Source: Octopus bimaculoides (lineage: Eukaryota). From it: a stretch of DNA of 64,000 bases. The notes under the pieces were generated by a model. It worked only from the letters and a program-made list of their open reading frames with translations. It was not told where the DNA came from and did not search any database. Shown piece by piece: positions 1-14,402 of this stretch (within the stretch, counting starts at the first letter, position 1; every line of letters begins with the position of its first letter). The DNA lies in NCBI RefSeq assembly GCF_001194135.2, contig NC_068991.1, positions 7,692,306-7,756,305 on the forward strand, written 5' to 3'. The position numbers and the translations under genes are program-made.

Positions 1-1036
1 TATATATATATATATATATGGGTCCAATCCATGCCAGCATAGAAAGCGGACGTTAAACAACGATGATATATATATATATATATATATAAACAAAAGTAAA
101 TGAGTATATGCATATATACGTACAGGTATGTGCATACCGACATCCACCTGTATGTATAGGTGCATATCTGGGTACAGGACATTGCAAACAAACGTAGACG
201 AGAACACACGAGCCACATAGAGAACATTCTACTTCATCAGCTACCCACGTTTTAACATCGGCGTTTCAGTTTCCATCTGCCANNNNNNNNNNNNNNNNNN
301 NNNNNNNNNNNNNNNNNNNNNNNNNNNNNNNNNNNNNNNNNNNNNNNNNNNNNNNNNNNNNNNNNNNNNNNNNNNNNNNNNNNNNNNNNNNNNNNNNNNN
401 NNNNNNNNNNNNNNNNNNNNNNNNNNNNNNNNNNNNNNNNNNNNNNNNNNNNNNNNNNNNNNNNNNNNNNNNNNNNNNNNNNNNNNNNNNNNNNNNNNNN
501 NNNNNNNNNNNNNNNNNNNNNNNNNNNNNNNNNNNNNNNNNNNNNNNNNNNNNNNNNNNNNNNNNNNNNNNNNNNNNNNNNNNNNNNNNNNNNNNNNNNN
601 NNNNNNNNNNNNNNNNNNNNNNNNNNNNNNNNNNNNATGCTGTTTTTTATTATTATTATTATTATTATCCTTAAACTATGTTTGTTCTCTTTTCCTTAGC
701 TACACCTTTAGATCTCTTACCTAAGCATTCGTTTAGGCATCCTCGTGCCATTAGGTCCTTATCATAAAACCGTTGTTGAATAATTTCCAGAAAATAGCGA
801 GAGGCTTCAGTACTTGCTGCTGACTCTCTCTCATTGTGACATTTTTAATTTATTTTCAATTTATTAATTATTTACAAAACAAACTCTTAATCTCTAAAAA
901 AAAAAAGAAAAAAAAAAATGTTGAACTCTGCTAATAAAATACCGGTGTTACTTGAAGCAAATCTGCTTAAAGAATGTAAAATATATAATAAACAGTAATC
1001 AATTAACAGACTTTTCTTTTTAATTGATTTTGTTTC

Positions 1037-1378
1037 CTTTTATTCTTTTATTTGTTTCAGTCATTGGACTGTGGTCATGCTGGGGCACTACCACGAAGGG
1101 TTTACTCAAATTGTCTCCAGTACTTTCTTTTTTTTTTAATGTCCGGTGTATTTTCTGTTGGCCTCTTTTTTGCTAAACTCTTAATTCATGGGGATGTAAA
1201 CCAGCAAACGCTGGTTCTTATACAATGGGGCAGGGCAGACACAAACCCACACACTCACAAAAGACTTCATAAGCTCTCTGACATGTTTCAGGAGATTGAA
1301 ATTGGAGGACATTGCTTGCATGACACTTGTTTTACAACTACCATGTTATGTGAAGTCAAGGAGACAGTAACACACTCA

Positions 1379-1437
<59 letters not shown>

Positions 1438-1670
1438 AGCCTGAACAGGCTAGTTTCCAGTGAGAAGCCTGTGAAATTTTAAGTTACATGGAGTCAAAAT
1501 CAAACTGTTTCAATGAATATGTAAGTTCTGCTAAATGTGTTCAATGCCTTTTTCTTTTGTTTGTCCACTCGTCCGTATGTGTGTGTGTGTGCGTGCGCGT
1601 CATACTAATATATACTTTTGTTATTTACACCACCTGTCCTCGTCTGTTGTTATTATTTGTATATTCTCCC

Positions 1671-1704
<34 letters not shown>

Positions 1705-1889
1705 GTGTGTGTGTGTGTGTGTGTGTGGATATATATATAACTGGCTTTCAGTTTCTGTCTACCAAAATTTACTTGCAAGGTTTCGGTTGGCCTAGGCCTA
1801 TAGTAGAAGTCACCCAAGGTGTCACGATGTAGGATTGAACCTATAACCATGTGGTTGGGAAGCAAACTTCTTACCACACAGTCACACCT
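1037..1889 (-). mobile_element. Family B SINE halves (tail 1037-1255, head 1738-1889) separated by about 480 bp including (TG)n/(TA)n
   Basis: Both halves match family B in the same orientation. This could be one interrupted copy or two fragments. Confidence 0.65.
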
Positions 1890-2950
1890 CGTTTTAAAGT
1901 CTGGAGTGAAAAAGCACATATTATCTTCAAAGAAATATGGTATATTGTTCCAAGTTAGAATTGCCCAGCGAAAGAATGTAGCAATTATGAAAAACTACAT
2001 CACAAAGGAATTAACGTATAAATGGAATTTGAACTGGAAATTCTTGATTTGTTAAATGGAATAAAAAAAATATATATTTGATGCTTTGAGAATACAATTT
2101 AATGAAATGGCAATGTTGCTTTATTTATCTGTGAAAGAGATTTAACCATTATTGCACAGGAACCAAGTATAGTCAGTTCTGTTCATGTGCATTGTTTTAT
2201 CATAGTGGGGTACTTTCTAGAATCTTCCATGTTTCACACGATCATGATCATCATCGTTTAACGTCCATTTTCCATGCTGGCATGGGTTAGACGGTTTGAC
2301 TGAGGTCTGGAAAGCCAGCAGCTGCACCAGGCTCCAATCTGATCTGGATGCCCTTCCTAACACCAACCACTCTAAGAGTGTAGTAGGTGGTTTTTATGTG
2401 CCACCAGCACAGGTGCCAGTCAGGCGGGCCTGGCATCGACCATGTTCGGATGGTGCTTTTTACTTGCCACCAGCACAGGAGCCAGTCAGTGGCACACATT
2501 TTATTTTTACCAACCAAATAGGAAGATGTGGCAAGAACTAATTTGCATATGATTTAGCATGTTGCATCACTTGCAAAAATTTAATCAGCACAGCGAGGGT
2601 TGAAATGAAATTTACAAGTCAGTTAAATAAAGGGAAACACCGACTGTTACATCTGAGGGAAATACTTGGCAAAGAGACAGTAATTTTGGTGGTTTTATAA
2701 AATTTGTTTTGGTAAATCTGAATTCTTCTAATTGTCCATTTACATTGATGACTCACACTTTGCAGCCATTGAACTATGCATTATCAAATCTATATCTATA
2801 AATGTCAATATTTCTTTTGAAATGACATCATTATTTCCCAATGACTCTTTCCTGAAATTTGCACACAACTCTAAAATTATCCCAGAATAATGTATGGCCT
2901 GGACACTCTGTTTTGGCAACAGTGGTTTTTGTTGCTGGAAGTAAATATAT

Positions 2951-3268
2951 ATCATCATCATCATCATCGTTTAACGTCCGCTTTCCATGCTAGCATGGGT
3001 TGGACGATTTGACTGAGGACTGGCGAACCAGATGGCTGCACCAGGCTCCAATCTGATTTGGCAGAGTTTCTACAGTTGGATGCCCTTCCTAACGCCAACC
3101 ACTCCAAGAGTGTAGTGGGTGCTTTTACGTGCCACCGGCATGAAGGTCAGTCAGGCGGTACTGGCAATGGCCATGCTCAAAATGGTGTATTTTACGTGCC
3201 ACCTGCACAGGAGCTAGTCCAGCGGCACTGGCAACGATCTCGCTCAAATGTTTTTTCACGTGCCAGTA
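2951..3268 (-). mobile_element. Family A retroposon
   Basis: Starts (CAT)n CGTTTAACGTCCGCTTTCCATGCTAGCATGGG and runs into a gap. Confidence 0.85.
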
Positions 3269-4149
3269 NNNNNNNNNNNNNNNNNNNNNNNNNNNNNNNN
3301 NNNNNNNNNNNNNNNNNNNNNNNNNNNNNNNNNNNNNNNNNNNNNNNNNNNNNNNNNNNNNNNNNNNNNNNNNNNNNNNNNNNNNNNNNNNNNNNNNNNN
3401 NNNNNNNNNNNNNNNNNNNNNNNNNNNNNNNNNNNNNNNNNNNNNNNNNNNNNNNNNNNNNNNNNNNNNNNNNNNNNNNNNNNNNNNNNNNNNNNNNNNN
3501 NNNNNNNNNNNNNNNNNNNNNNNNNNNNNNNNNNNNNNNNNNNNNNNNNNNNNNNNNNNNNNNNNNNNNNNNNNNNNNNNNNNNNNNNNNNNNNNNNNNN
3601 NNNNNNNNNNNNNNNNNNNNNNNNNNNNNNNNNNNNNNNNNNNNNNNNNNNNNNNNNNNNNNNNNNNNNNNNNNNNNNNNNNNNNNNNNNNNNNNNNNNN
3701 NNNNNNNNNNNNNNNNNNNNNNNNNNNNNNNNNNNNNNNNNNNNNNNNNNNNNNNNNNNNNNNNNNNNNNNNNNNNNNNNNNNNNNNNNNNNNNNNNNNN
3801 NNNNNNNNNNNNNNNNNNNNNNNNNNNNNNNNNNNNNNNNNNNNNNNNNNNNNNNNNNNNNNNNNNNNNNNNNNNNNNNNNNNNNNNNNNNNNNNNNNNN
3901 NNNNNNNNNNNNNNNNNNNNNNNNNNNNNNNNNNNNNNNNNNNNNNNNNNNNNNNNNNNNNNNNNNNNNNNNNNAAACAATTGACATGGACTCTTTCTGC
4001 TCTGCTCATGCTCAAAGAGATATACACTCACACAAACAAACAGTGAGAGGAGGCAGAGAGAAAGAAACACTAAAAGAGAGGTTCTCAAACTTCTTAGGGC
4101 ACTTCAGAAGAGAAGGGGTTGGTACAGAAAGCCCAAACCTGCAGTTCAG

Positions 4150-4359
4150 TTTTTGTGCCTCTCCTCCGCCTATGGTCATGAATGTTTGGTAGTGACCAAA
4201 AGAGTGTGGTAGCTGACGCAAGTGGCTGGAATGGAATCTCTTCAAAGGATGTTTGTGGTGACATTATACAACAGGGTGCATAGCTTAGGGATCAGTGAGT
4301 CTCTCCAAGTTGAGCTGCTACTTTTGAAAATTGACGAACATGGACATGTCATACACATG
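4150..4359 (+). mobile_element. RTE-clade (Expander/Rex3-like) LINE fragment, post-RT C-terminal region
   Basis: The frame starting at 4171 reads YGHECLVVTKRVW*LTQVAGMESLQRMFVVTLYNRVHSLGISESLQVELLLLKIDEHGHVIHM. This resembles the recalled RTE pattern YGHELWVxTERxRSRIQAAEMSFLRRVAGxxLxDRVRSxxIRExLxVEPLLLxIE. One stop codon is present. Confidence 0.75.
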
Positions 4360-4570
4360 GGGTGCTGAAAAGTTCCTGGCTTTGGGTAAAAGAAAATATA
4401 GGAGGATCGGTTAATTATGATTTTATTTAACATGTTCCCCTCTCAGATTCACACATTGCAACAGTCCTTTAGTTTTTTCTAAGCCCTGTAAAAAGAACTC
4501 GGAAGGCTGGGCCTCCAACCAGACCTTCCATGATATCCTTAAAGCCAAGAACTTTTCAGCAAGCCTTGTA
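4357..4570 (-). mobile_element. Mariner-derived MITE (~210 bp), copy 1
   Basis: TIRs GGGGTGCTGAAAAGTTCCTGGCTTT / AAAGCCAAGAACTTTTCAGCA, ending in TA. The interior encodes a mariner transposase C-terminus (WLEAQPSEFFLQGLEK...CVNLRGEHVK). Confidence 0.85.
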
Positions 4571-6786
4571 GATGAGGCATACAGTAGGAGGAAATACTGT
4601 AAATCGATGAAGAATATATACAATAAAGAGAGAAGACCTGAGAAGTAGTTTAAACAGACTGAAGAACATTAGTCTTCATAGATAAGAAGAGACGAATGGA
4701 ATGTCATATTGCAGAGTAGTTTTAACTGGTTCCAATATTGGAAATAATGTCAGAAACAATAATGGAGATAATGATAATGACATATCTGTTCTGTAAGCTA
4801 AGATTTAATTAATGTAAAAATTAATTTTGCAGTATCGTCAAGATATTTATTCAGTGTGGTAAATAAAACAACTGGAGAATATCTCGATAATTTTATATTG
4901 ATTGTGTTTCTATATATCTGTGATTTATAGAAGTAGCATTTAAATATGAGTTGCTTATTTGACATGGGATAAAAACGAGGTTGATATATGGGAGATAAAA
5001 ATAGAAAAGAGATGCTGGTGTGTAGAGGGGGAAGGCATAGAAACCCTATTAAAATAGAAAGTAATGAAAGAAGAAAGACAAGAAAAGCTATTGTAAAACA
5101 CTAGCAACTGAGAGATTAGATGACCCAAGAAAGAGAAAAGAGCTAAATCAATGTAAGAGGTTATAATGAGCCACGATAGAAAGAAAATGTGAAGAAAGAA
5201 TTAAATCATTGATAAGAAAGTAAAAGACGCCTGATTCTGTAATTGATTTGCTGTCTGCTGCTAACGGTGAACTCAAGAGTGCAGAATTGTATGGTACAAG
5301 ATGATTTAGTAAATGTAAAATAAGTTAATGATGTGCATAAGGAAAGTTTATTTTGAAAGGTTTTTGTTCAGCTAATAATAGAAATATTGATTTGAACTAA
5401 GGTTTGGCTGACCACAAAAGATATTTTGTGTGTTAGGTAACTCGCTAACCAAAAACAACATTGTAAGAGTCTATTGATACGATGACAAAGCTAGTGAAGT
5501 GAACTTCATCCACGAATGGCTGCCCTAGTTTCTAAAACTCACCCAAATTTCCATAACTCTACAATAGGCAATGCTACCAGAAAATAAACCAAGCACAAAC
5601 AATCAAGAAACCATTAAAAGCAAAATGAATGCCAGTTTTCTCTTTTACAAGCAGCACCAGAAATTTTTCATAGAGATTATGCCATGTAAGTTGTTACACA
5701 CACACACAGTTGAATAAAATTTGTGGTATGCCATGCAAAGCTCATCCACAGTTATTGGTTACTAAATGTGTTAAATAATGGGAATACTCCTGACATTGGA
5801 CATCCACAGAGTTTATATAAAGTGATGAGTGAGAGGAAAATTCACATATTTGTTTTTTTGTCATTTACCTTGCATTTACTTCACATTGTTCTGGCCTTAC
5901 CCATGACCCTTTATACAATATATATATGTGTGTGTGTGTGTGTGTATGTATATACAAACTTTCTCTCACACATACACAACAGGCTTCTTTCAGTTTCTAT
6001 CTACCAAATCCACTCACAAGGCTTTGGTCAGCCCAAGGCTATAGTAAGTAACACTTGTCCAAAGTTCCATGTAGTGGGATTGAACCTGGAACCATGTGGT
6101 TGAGAAGGAAAATACTTACCACACAGTCATACCTGTACCAATGTTTTAAAAAAAAATGAAAATGACAAAAAAATACAAAGCAAAGTGTTATAGATATAGT
6201 GCATGCATCTGTACATAAAGTACAGAAAATTGCTTTTCTCGGTTTCGGAATCAATGAAATATGTGAAAGACAAGAGTTTAGTTATAGAAAATAATGAGCA
6301 CGTTAGTCTAAAGTCAGTAAGAGCATCACTACTACAGCAGTATTTCTAGGATTTTAATATTCAGAATAGAAATTTTTGTATTGTTATTTTGCAGTTATTG
6401 CTGTGTTTGTTTATGGGGGGAAAATAAATGAAGTAAAATAATGTGAAAATAAAAATGAAAAATATAAAAATAAACAACTGTTTTAACATGGAAAAAAAAG
6501 TAGAGATTTTCTTTTTTTTTCATAGACAGAACAAAAGCAAAGCCCTTCTCTACCTTAATGCATTAATGGAATTGTAAAATGTTTGAGATGAAATTCAGAC
6601 TGTATATTGTTGTGCAAACTTTAATGGTAGTCGATTTTTAAAGTGAGGGAAAATGTGAAGATATATGTTAACAGTCTGCTGGATTTAGTCTTCTTTCTTT
6701 CATTGTATGATGTTAGTGAGCTGTATAACATGTATGTTGTGTGTGTGTGTATATGTAACATATATATATATATATATATATGCATA

Positions 6787-7272
6787 TATTCTTTTATTCT
6801 TTTACTTGTTTCAGTCATTTGACTGTGGCCATGATGGAGCACCACCTTTTGTCGAACAATTCCACCCCAGGACTTATTCTTTGTAAGCCTAGTACTTATC
6901 CTATCGGTCTCTTTTGCTGAACTGTTAAGTTACAGGGACGTAAACACACCAACATNNNNNNNNNNNNNNNNNNNNNNNNNNNNNNNNNNNNNNNNNNNNN
7001 NNNNNNNNNNNNNNNNNNNNNNNNNNNNNNNNNNNNNNNNNNNATGATGTTAGTGAGCTGTATAACATGTATGTTGTGTGTGTGTGTATATGTAACATAT
7101 ATATATATATATATACGATGGGCTTCTTTCAGTTTCCATCTACCAAATCCACTTACAAGGCTTTGGTCGGCCCGAGGCTATAGTAGAAGACACTTGCCCA
7201 AGGTGCCACACAGTGGGAATGAACCCAGAACAATGTGGTTGGTAAGCAAACTACTTACCACACAGCCACTCC
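6787..7272 (-). mobile_element. Family B SINE spanning an N-gap; a second tail fragment follows at 7273-7460
   Basis: Tail at 6787-6955, gap at 6956-7043, head at 7116-7272. Confidence 0.75.
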
Positions 7273-7974
7273 TTTTATCTTCTACTTGTTTCATTTATCA
7301 GACTGTGACCATGCTGGGGCACTGTCTGGAAGAATTTTAGTCAAATGAATCGACCCCTGTATTTATTTTTGATTGTAAGCCTGGTACTTATTCTAAGGGT
7401 CACTTTTTTTTTTAACAACTAAGTTATGGGGATATAAACAAAACTGGTTGTCAAGCTGACAGGTAAGTGTGAAAGGCCAGATCTGGCTTAGTTTGAAGAT
7501 AAAACAGGTAGGTTCTTTCGGCTGGACATGGCCAGTTTCAATGCCTAAGAGTTAAGATATAAGGTGAGCAGAAGTAGGTGGGGGTGGGGATTTACAAGAG
7601 TGCATGAGGAGCAGGAAAAGGAGATGAAAGAATGGAAGAGGAGACAGGTGGCAGGTAACAACTGTTTTAAAGACTGGGTAAGGTTGAAGGGTGGATCTCG
7701 TAAAGGATGTTGGATGAGGGGTCAAGGATGACCAGAAAAGTAAACTTTGATCCTGGGTTCATTTGAACTCAGGACAAAAAGGGCCATAAAACTAAATATG
7801 TTTAAACTGGCTTCCTACAAATAATGCCAAATGCACCACCCTCTTGGAGTAAACAGCAAACGATAACATACAACCAATGTTATTTGAAATGTCCAATTCG
7901 CTCATCACAGCTTTGTTGTTCTTTTAACTGAAGCTGCTCCCAAGATAATACATATTCTTGTTGGGTGAAGTTTA

Positions 7975-8282
<308 letters not shown>

Positions 8283-8379
8283 CAGCTTGTTTGTCTTTGT
8301 CAGTTAACATACATTTATTTCATGGCTTTGATTTGTTTAAAAATAAAAAAAATTATCTACAGACAAATACACTCACTCA

Positions 8380-8476
8380 TGTACGTATATATATATATAT
8401 TTAAATTTGCAGAATATATAGCTGTGTGTTTTTGTATATTTATGCATGTATATGTGTGTATATGTATATATATTAT

Positions 8477-8520
<44 letters not shown>

Positions 8521-8563
8521 GTATGTATATATGTGTGTATGTATATGTGTCTGTATGTGTATG

Positions 8564-8607
<44 letters not shown>

Positions 8608-8890
8608 CACATATATATATATATATATGTATATGCATACTATATACACATACATGAATACATAGAAATATATATATATATATATATACACATACATATA
8701 TATACATGTGTGTGTGTGTATACATACATACACACACATACACACTCACACACATACACACACACATAACATATATACATATACACACACTATCTCTTGT
8801 TTGAAGCTCCAAATTGAGAGCATTTAAAGATTTGTGCATAAGTGGAGTGGGTGTAGCTGTAAGATAATTAAATTCACTAATGTTAGTACG

Positions 8891-8939
<49 letters not shown>

Positions 8940-8940
8940 A
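8380..8940. repeat. Compound (TA)/(TG)/(CA)/(GA) microsatellite block; similar blocks at about 15400-15770, 25925-26345, 33040-33360, 40700-41130, 42480-43265, 49170-49700, 62395-62805
   Basis: Read directly from the sequence. Confidence 0.95.
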
Positions 8941-9364
8941 CTGACAATGCTCTTTGTGTTGCTGTGTTTGTGTGCAGGATTTTGGCTGAGAGGTAAGCAT
9001 TAATAAGCATGTTGTATACATATTATGCAAACATTATCTTGAATACTTCACTCCAACGCAAGATTTAGCTGTATCCACAAAATATAGGCATTGCTGAGAG
9101 GCAGGAGATAAACAAATGTGCTGGGTGTTAGATTGGGCTATATCTAGGTTCTTTTTTTTTTCCCCCTTTTGCTTTCATTATTTAAGCAGTCTATTGAACC
9201 TTTTGTTGTGTTCATATGTGGGGTAATATGAAAAAATAAGAATATATATAAAAATAACATTCTTGTACTTTTTCTATCAGAATATGTTTCTGTGAATGTA
9301 AAGGTTTATTTTTGCTATTAATATTTCTTTTATATGAAAGTGGGGAGCAAACAGAAGAAACCTT

Positions 9365-9530
9365 AGCATGTCAGACAAAATGTTTAGTAGCATTTCACTT
9401 TGTCTTCATGTTCTGAATTCCAATTCTGCTGTGGGTCGACTTTGCCTTTCGTCCTGTTGACGTTGATAAAATGTGTACCACTTGATCACTGGGGTCAATG
9501 TAATTGACTTAGCCCATCCCCTGGAATTAG
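9365..9530 (+). mobile_element. Family C SINE, diverged; other partial copies at about 13265-13450, 16290-16397, 24690-24800, 29975-30030 and 62270-62370
   Basis: Shared motifs TTCTGA(G/A)TTC(A/C)AAT, GTCGACTTTGCCTTTC and ACTGGGGTC. Confidence 0.65.
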
Positions 9531-10026
9531 CTTGGATATTATAGACGAGCAGATTTCAAAGGCATGTTTGTGTATTTTTAGAATGACATTGTAGAGTAGG
9601 AGGGAGAAGTTGGATCTTGTCAGCTTTAACATAAAACAGGTAGAATATTTGGGCAGGATATGGCCAGATTAAATGATAAAGGATTAAGGATTTGCATGTC
9701 TGTGGAGGGCTAAGTCACTTGCATGAAAATTTCATGAACAGACTGTTCCATTGATCGGATCAACCAGAACTCTTGTCGTTGTAACTGACGGATTGCTAAT
9801 AGGACTTTTTTGTTATTTTTCTTCTAAGACTACAAACCTGTCTCCCCATTTCTCTGTCTCTGTCTGTCTCTCTCTCTCTTTCTCAAAATTTAAGCATAAA
9901 CAAACAAATAAATAAATAAAAATAACAGCTGTTTCTCTTTTAAGAGTCCTCTATCAAAAGATGTCCATCAGAATAGAGAAGTTGATGAAATTAATAAGAA
10001 AAAGAAATTACATCAAAACTCCCCAT

Positions 10027-10060
<34 letters not shown>

Positions 10061-10385
10061 NNNNNNNNNNNNNNNNNNNNNNNNNNNNNNNNNNNNNNNN
10101 NNNNNNNNNNGTGTGTGTGTGTGTGTGTGTAGGTCTTCTGATCATTACAGAAATTAATTGGTTGTATACTTTATCAGAGATACCAGTTGTTAACGCAATA
10201 ATTAGTGGATAATTACACTTTGATAACGCACAGACTTGTTGCTTGTAATTAACAGTAAACAGTGCAGTTCCAGTAATCTGATACCCCTTGGTACCTGGGT
10301 AACAACAAATTATCAAATAGTCTGGGTAGACTGGTGCAAAGGAACTCACTCTTAAAAAATAAAATAAAAAGTATCATATTAAATA

Positions 10386-10650
10386 GATGCAGGCGTGGCT
10401 GTGTGGTAAGAAGCTTGCTTCCCAACCACATGATTCTGGGTTCAGTCCCACAGCATGGCACCTTGGGCAAGTGTCTTCTGTTATAGCCTCAGGCTGACCA
10501 AAGACTTGGGAGTGGATTGGTTGATGGAAACTGAAAGAAGCTTGTCATATGTGTGTGTGTGTGTGTGTCTGTGTTTATCCCCCCCCCCATCACTGATTGA
10601 CAACTGGCGTTCGTGTGTTAAGGCCCCCTTAACTTAGCAGTTCTGTAAAA
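10386..10650 (+). mobile_element. Family B SINE (head plus part of body); other partial copies at about 5980-6136(-), 10823-10960(+), 19578-19735(+), 20197-20355(-), 27812-28030(-), 28597-28752(-), 29660-29760(+), 56068-56200(+), 61128-61305(-)
   Basis: Shared head GGCTGT(G/A)TGGTAAGAAG(C/T)TTGCTTCCCAACCAC and/or tail TTACTTGTTTCAGTCATT. Confidence 0.75.
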
Positions 10651-11303
10651 GAGCACTCCCACATAGCTGTATCAATATCTCCTGATTTGTTTTTACTAAT
10701 TAGATTGATAAATGCTGTGACTGTATTTTAAACTAAACTCTAAACGCACGTTTCCATGAAACCCATATCTTTGTACAAATTCTTGACGTTTTTAATAATT
10801 AATGGTTCTAAAATTGATAGAGGAATGGCTGTATGGTAAGAAGTTTGCTTCCCAGCCACATGGTTCCAAGTTCAGTCCCACTGTGTGGCATCTTGGGTGT
10901 CTCAATCCAACCAAAGTTTTGCAAGTGGATTCAGTAGACAGAAACTGAAAGAAGTCCATCAAGTGTTTTGTTTTTATTTACTACCAATTATGGAGAGTTG
11001 CTTTTTAGAATAGCATTGTTATATCGTGTTGATGAGATGTTAATAAATTTGGACATATGTCAATAATTAGACATGAAGTTGCCAAAGCTGTGCAAACTGG
11101 GGCAGAGAGCAACCATGTTAATTAGAATCAAGAGAACTTGTGCTAATTTGTGTTAATCAATTAATTGTCATCATTTGAAGAAAGAATGTTTCTACTCTAT
11201 CAAAAAAAAAAAAAAGAATGGATTATTGATTCTCAAAGTACAATTAACTAATCCTCCTGTATTACCCAAAGCCAGTAACTTTTCAGCACCCCCTCGCGTG
11301 TAC

Positions 11304-11348
<45 letters not shown>

Positions 11349-11379
11349 NNNNNNNNNNNNNNNNNNNNNNNNNNNNNNN

Positions 11380-11422
<43 letters not shown>

Positions 11423-11644
11423 CATGCTTATATAATTCTTAGTATACTGGAGTTTTCCAACAGTTCATAATATAATCCTTGTATTGTCCTTTTTCATGTC
11501 CTGATGATTTTCCACCCAAGATATTTTGAAATGCAAGTTTATATATGTATATATGTTTTGTAGTTTAAATTAGATGCAAAAGGAAACAATTGTAGGTGAA
11601 GATGTTAATTAATTGATAAATTAATTTGTATCCATTGGATCTCT

Positions 11645-11943
11645 CCATTTTCAAACTTGTTTCCAGTGCCGCTGGACTGGCTCCTGTGCAGGTGGCACGT
11701 AAAATACACCATTTTGAGCATGGCCGTTGCCAGTACTGCCTGACTGGCCTTCGTGCCGGTGGCACATAAAAGCACCCACTACTCTCTTGGAGTGGTTGGC
11801 ATTAGGAAGGGCATCCAGCTGTAGAAACTCTGACAGATCAGATTGGAGCCTAGTGCAGCCTTCTGGTTCGCCAGTCCTCAGTCAAATCGTCCAACCCATG
11901 CTAGCATGGAAAGCGGACGTTAAACGATGATGATGATGATGAT
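11645..11943 (+). mobile_element. Family A retroposon
   Basis: Reverse complement of 2951-3268, ending in (GAT)n. Confidence 0.85.
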
Positions 11944-11961
11944 ATATAAAGAGAGAGAAAG

Positions 11962-12000
<39 letters not shown>

Positions 12001-14402
12001 CAGAGAGAGAGAAAGAGAGAGAGAGAAAGAAAGAGAGGGAGAGAGAAAGAGAGAGAGAGAGTTTTAACGTATTTTCTAAGGTGCTATGGTAATTTAAAAA
12101 GTGACGATCAGATATAAGGAAAATTCAGTTACCTGGCAACCCCTTTGTCCTAGCTGTGCCAGATTAGAGGTGAGTTTACTGTATTGGCATCTGGTGAAAA
12201 AAGAAACCCCAAAAACTTTCCTTGTGGATGTAAGGGACAAATTTTCTTAATAAATTACATTTCATCCAGTGGACAGACTTCTTGGAATTTGGTGAGAGTA
12301 AGTCTGAGATTACATGGCACATTGATGTAGCTTTATGGTTTCCTTTGCTCTTCAAGGACTTGTTCGGATTTAAGAATTGTGCAGTGCTTTTGTATATTTA
12401 TGGAAACAAGTTTTCACTAAGAAATAACGCAGATAATAATCTAAGAATAAACATCAACAAAAGGAGGAAGTCACCATATTCAAATATTATCTAAAATAGA
12501 GAAGACATCACTTTTCTTTCCACTAATCTGGTTATTCACCTTAAGTAAGTGAAAGTATATTTTAATCTTCTACTTGGTATTATGTCAATGCTGGAGAATG
12601 TATGGTATCTGATTATTGAAGTAGCTTTTAGTAGATTAGCAGCAATGTGTTTGGTTGCCAGATCTCTTTGTGAGAAATGGTTGTTACAATTAGCATCACC
12701 ACTAAGATACTGCCAAGCTTCCTGATTAATCAAAGATGGCAGTCTCAATAAACCCTTATAAATTCTCAAAAAAAAACCATTGTTAATTACAAACAATGCT
12801 TCTTATTACATTAGATCATATATGACCTGATTTAAACAAAGGTTTCATTTGTCATTTTAAAGACCAAGAAATGATGGCAAAGATGTTACTATTTTCTTTA
12901 TCTTCTATGTTTTTACTTGTTACAGACAATGGACTGTGGCCATGCTGGGGCACTGCCTTGAAGGGATTATCTTTCACACTTTGATAACGCACTGTAAAAC
13001 AGTAAACAGTGCAGTTCCAGTAATCTGATACCCCTTGGTACCTGGGTAACAACAGATTATCAAATAGTCTGGATAGACGGGTGCAAAGGAACTCACTCTT
13101 AAAAAATAAAAAAAGTATCATATTAATGTACAAAATATTAATGTAAAAAATATACCTACACATATATATGTAAAAAGAGCGAGGAGACATAAAATTCGAG
13201 ACATTGGACTGCGGCCATACTGTGGCACCACTTTTAAAGGTTTTAGTCGAAGAAATTGACCTGGGATTGCTTAGCAGTATTTCATCTATCTTTATGTTCT
13301 GAGTTCAAATTCTGCTGAGGTCAGCTTTGTGTTTCATCCTTTTGGAGTCAATAAAATAAGTACCAGTTAAACACTGGGGATCGATATAATCAACTTAACA
13401 CCCCTCACATGAACTTTCAGACCTTGTTCCAAAATTTGAAACTAATATTATGGTTTGTCATTTCCATTTCAAAAAATACCATTGGGTATCTTAAATATCT
13501 CTAAGTAGCAACATTTATATCACAAATAGTGTCCTTGCTAACAGAAAATAAGTTGTTTTAACACCAACTAAAATCTCTTGTACTCCCTGTTGAATAGATC
13601 ATACTTTAAACAAAAGCTGTGTTTGAATCAATAAGGTGTTGTTTACATGGATATTTCTTTGTATTTTAGGCTGAAATCTTTATCAATTAAATGGTGCCTG
13701 AATGCTCCTCAAATAGCATTGTATGTGATTCAAGATAGCGTATGATTTGCTTCAAGTAGAACTGTTTATAAAATGATAAGTGATATAATAATTTACAAAA
13801 ACTAATGCAAATCAAGATATCTTTATATAAACTTCTAGTGGCGATGCATTAACATAATGTAAATTAAAAACAAACATATAATAAAAGAAAGAAAAAAAAG
13901 ATTAAAGTGATCTAAAAATATTTAAAGGAGAAACAAAACATTTCTTTTAATATAAAACAATCTAAAATATAACCAAAAAAAAGCTTTGATTTTGGCATTC
14001 TTTTTGAAACTCTTTTAGAACATAGAAGCATCTTCTTAAAACAGATTGAAATAGCATATATTGCTCTAGGGATGGAAATACTTCATCTATTCCCCAGACT
14101 CCGCTGATCAATGATCATAATACTGACTGGAAAAATGCATCTATGTTTGAGCAATGCATAGAGATAAAGGCTGCTGTCAGATGCAATCGTATAGAAATAA
14201 AACTGTGATCCCATCCCATTATCTTAGTGTTTTCTTTTAAGCAGACTATTTCAATAAACCGGACTAAACTATCTTAGTAACACAATTATTTACTTCATTT
14301 GTAATAATGGACATACACACATATTTACGTATGGAACTCTGTCATTGTTGAGTGCATATATATGCATACATAGACACGCACGCATATATTGTATAAATAA
14401 AT

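Larger units (their letters stand above)
10215..13126 (+). repeat. ~150-bp direct repeat pair (10215-10382 and 12976-13126)
   Basis: ACACTTTGATAACGCAC...CAGTGCAGTTCCAGTAATCTGATACCCCTTGGTACCTGGG...AAGTATCATATTAA occurs in both, with one indel of about 15 bp. Confidence 0.92.

Noticed and set aside
6707-7115. ~70-bp duplication on either side of the 6956-7043 gap
   Set aside because: An identical copy next to a gap inside a SINE's internal microsatellite is most likely a scaffolding artefact.
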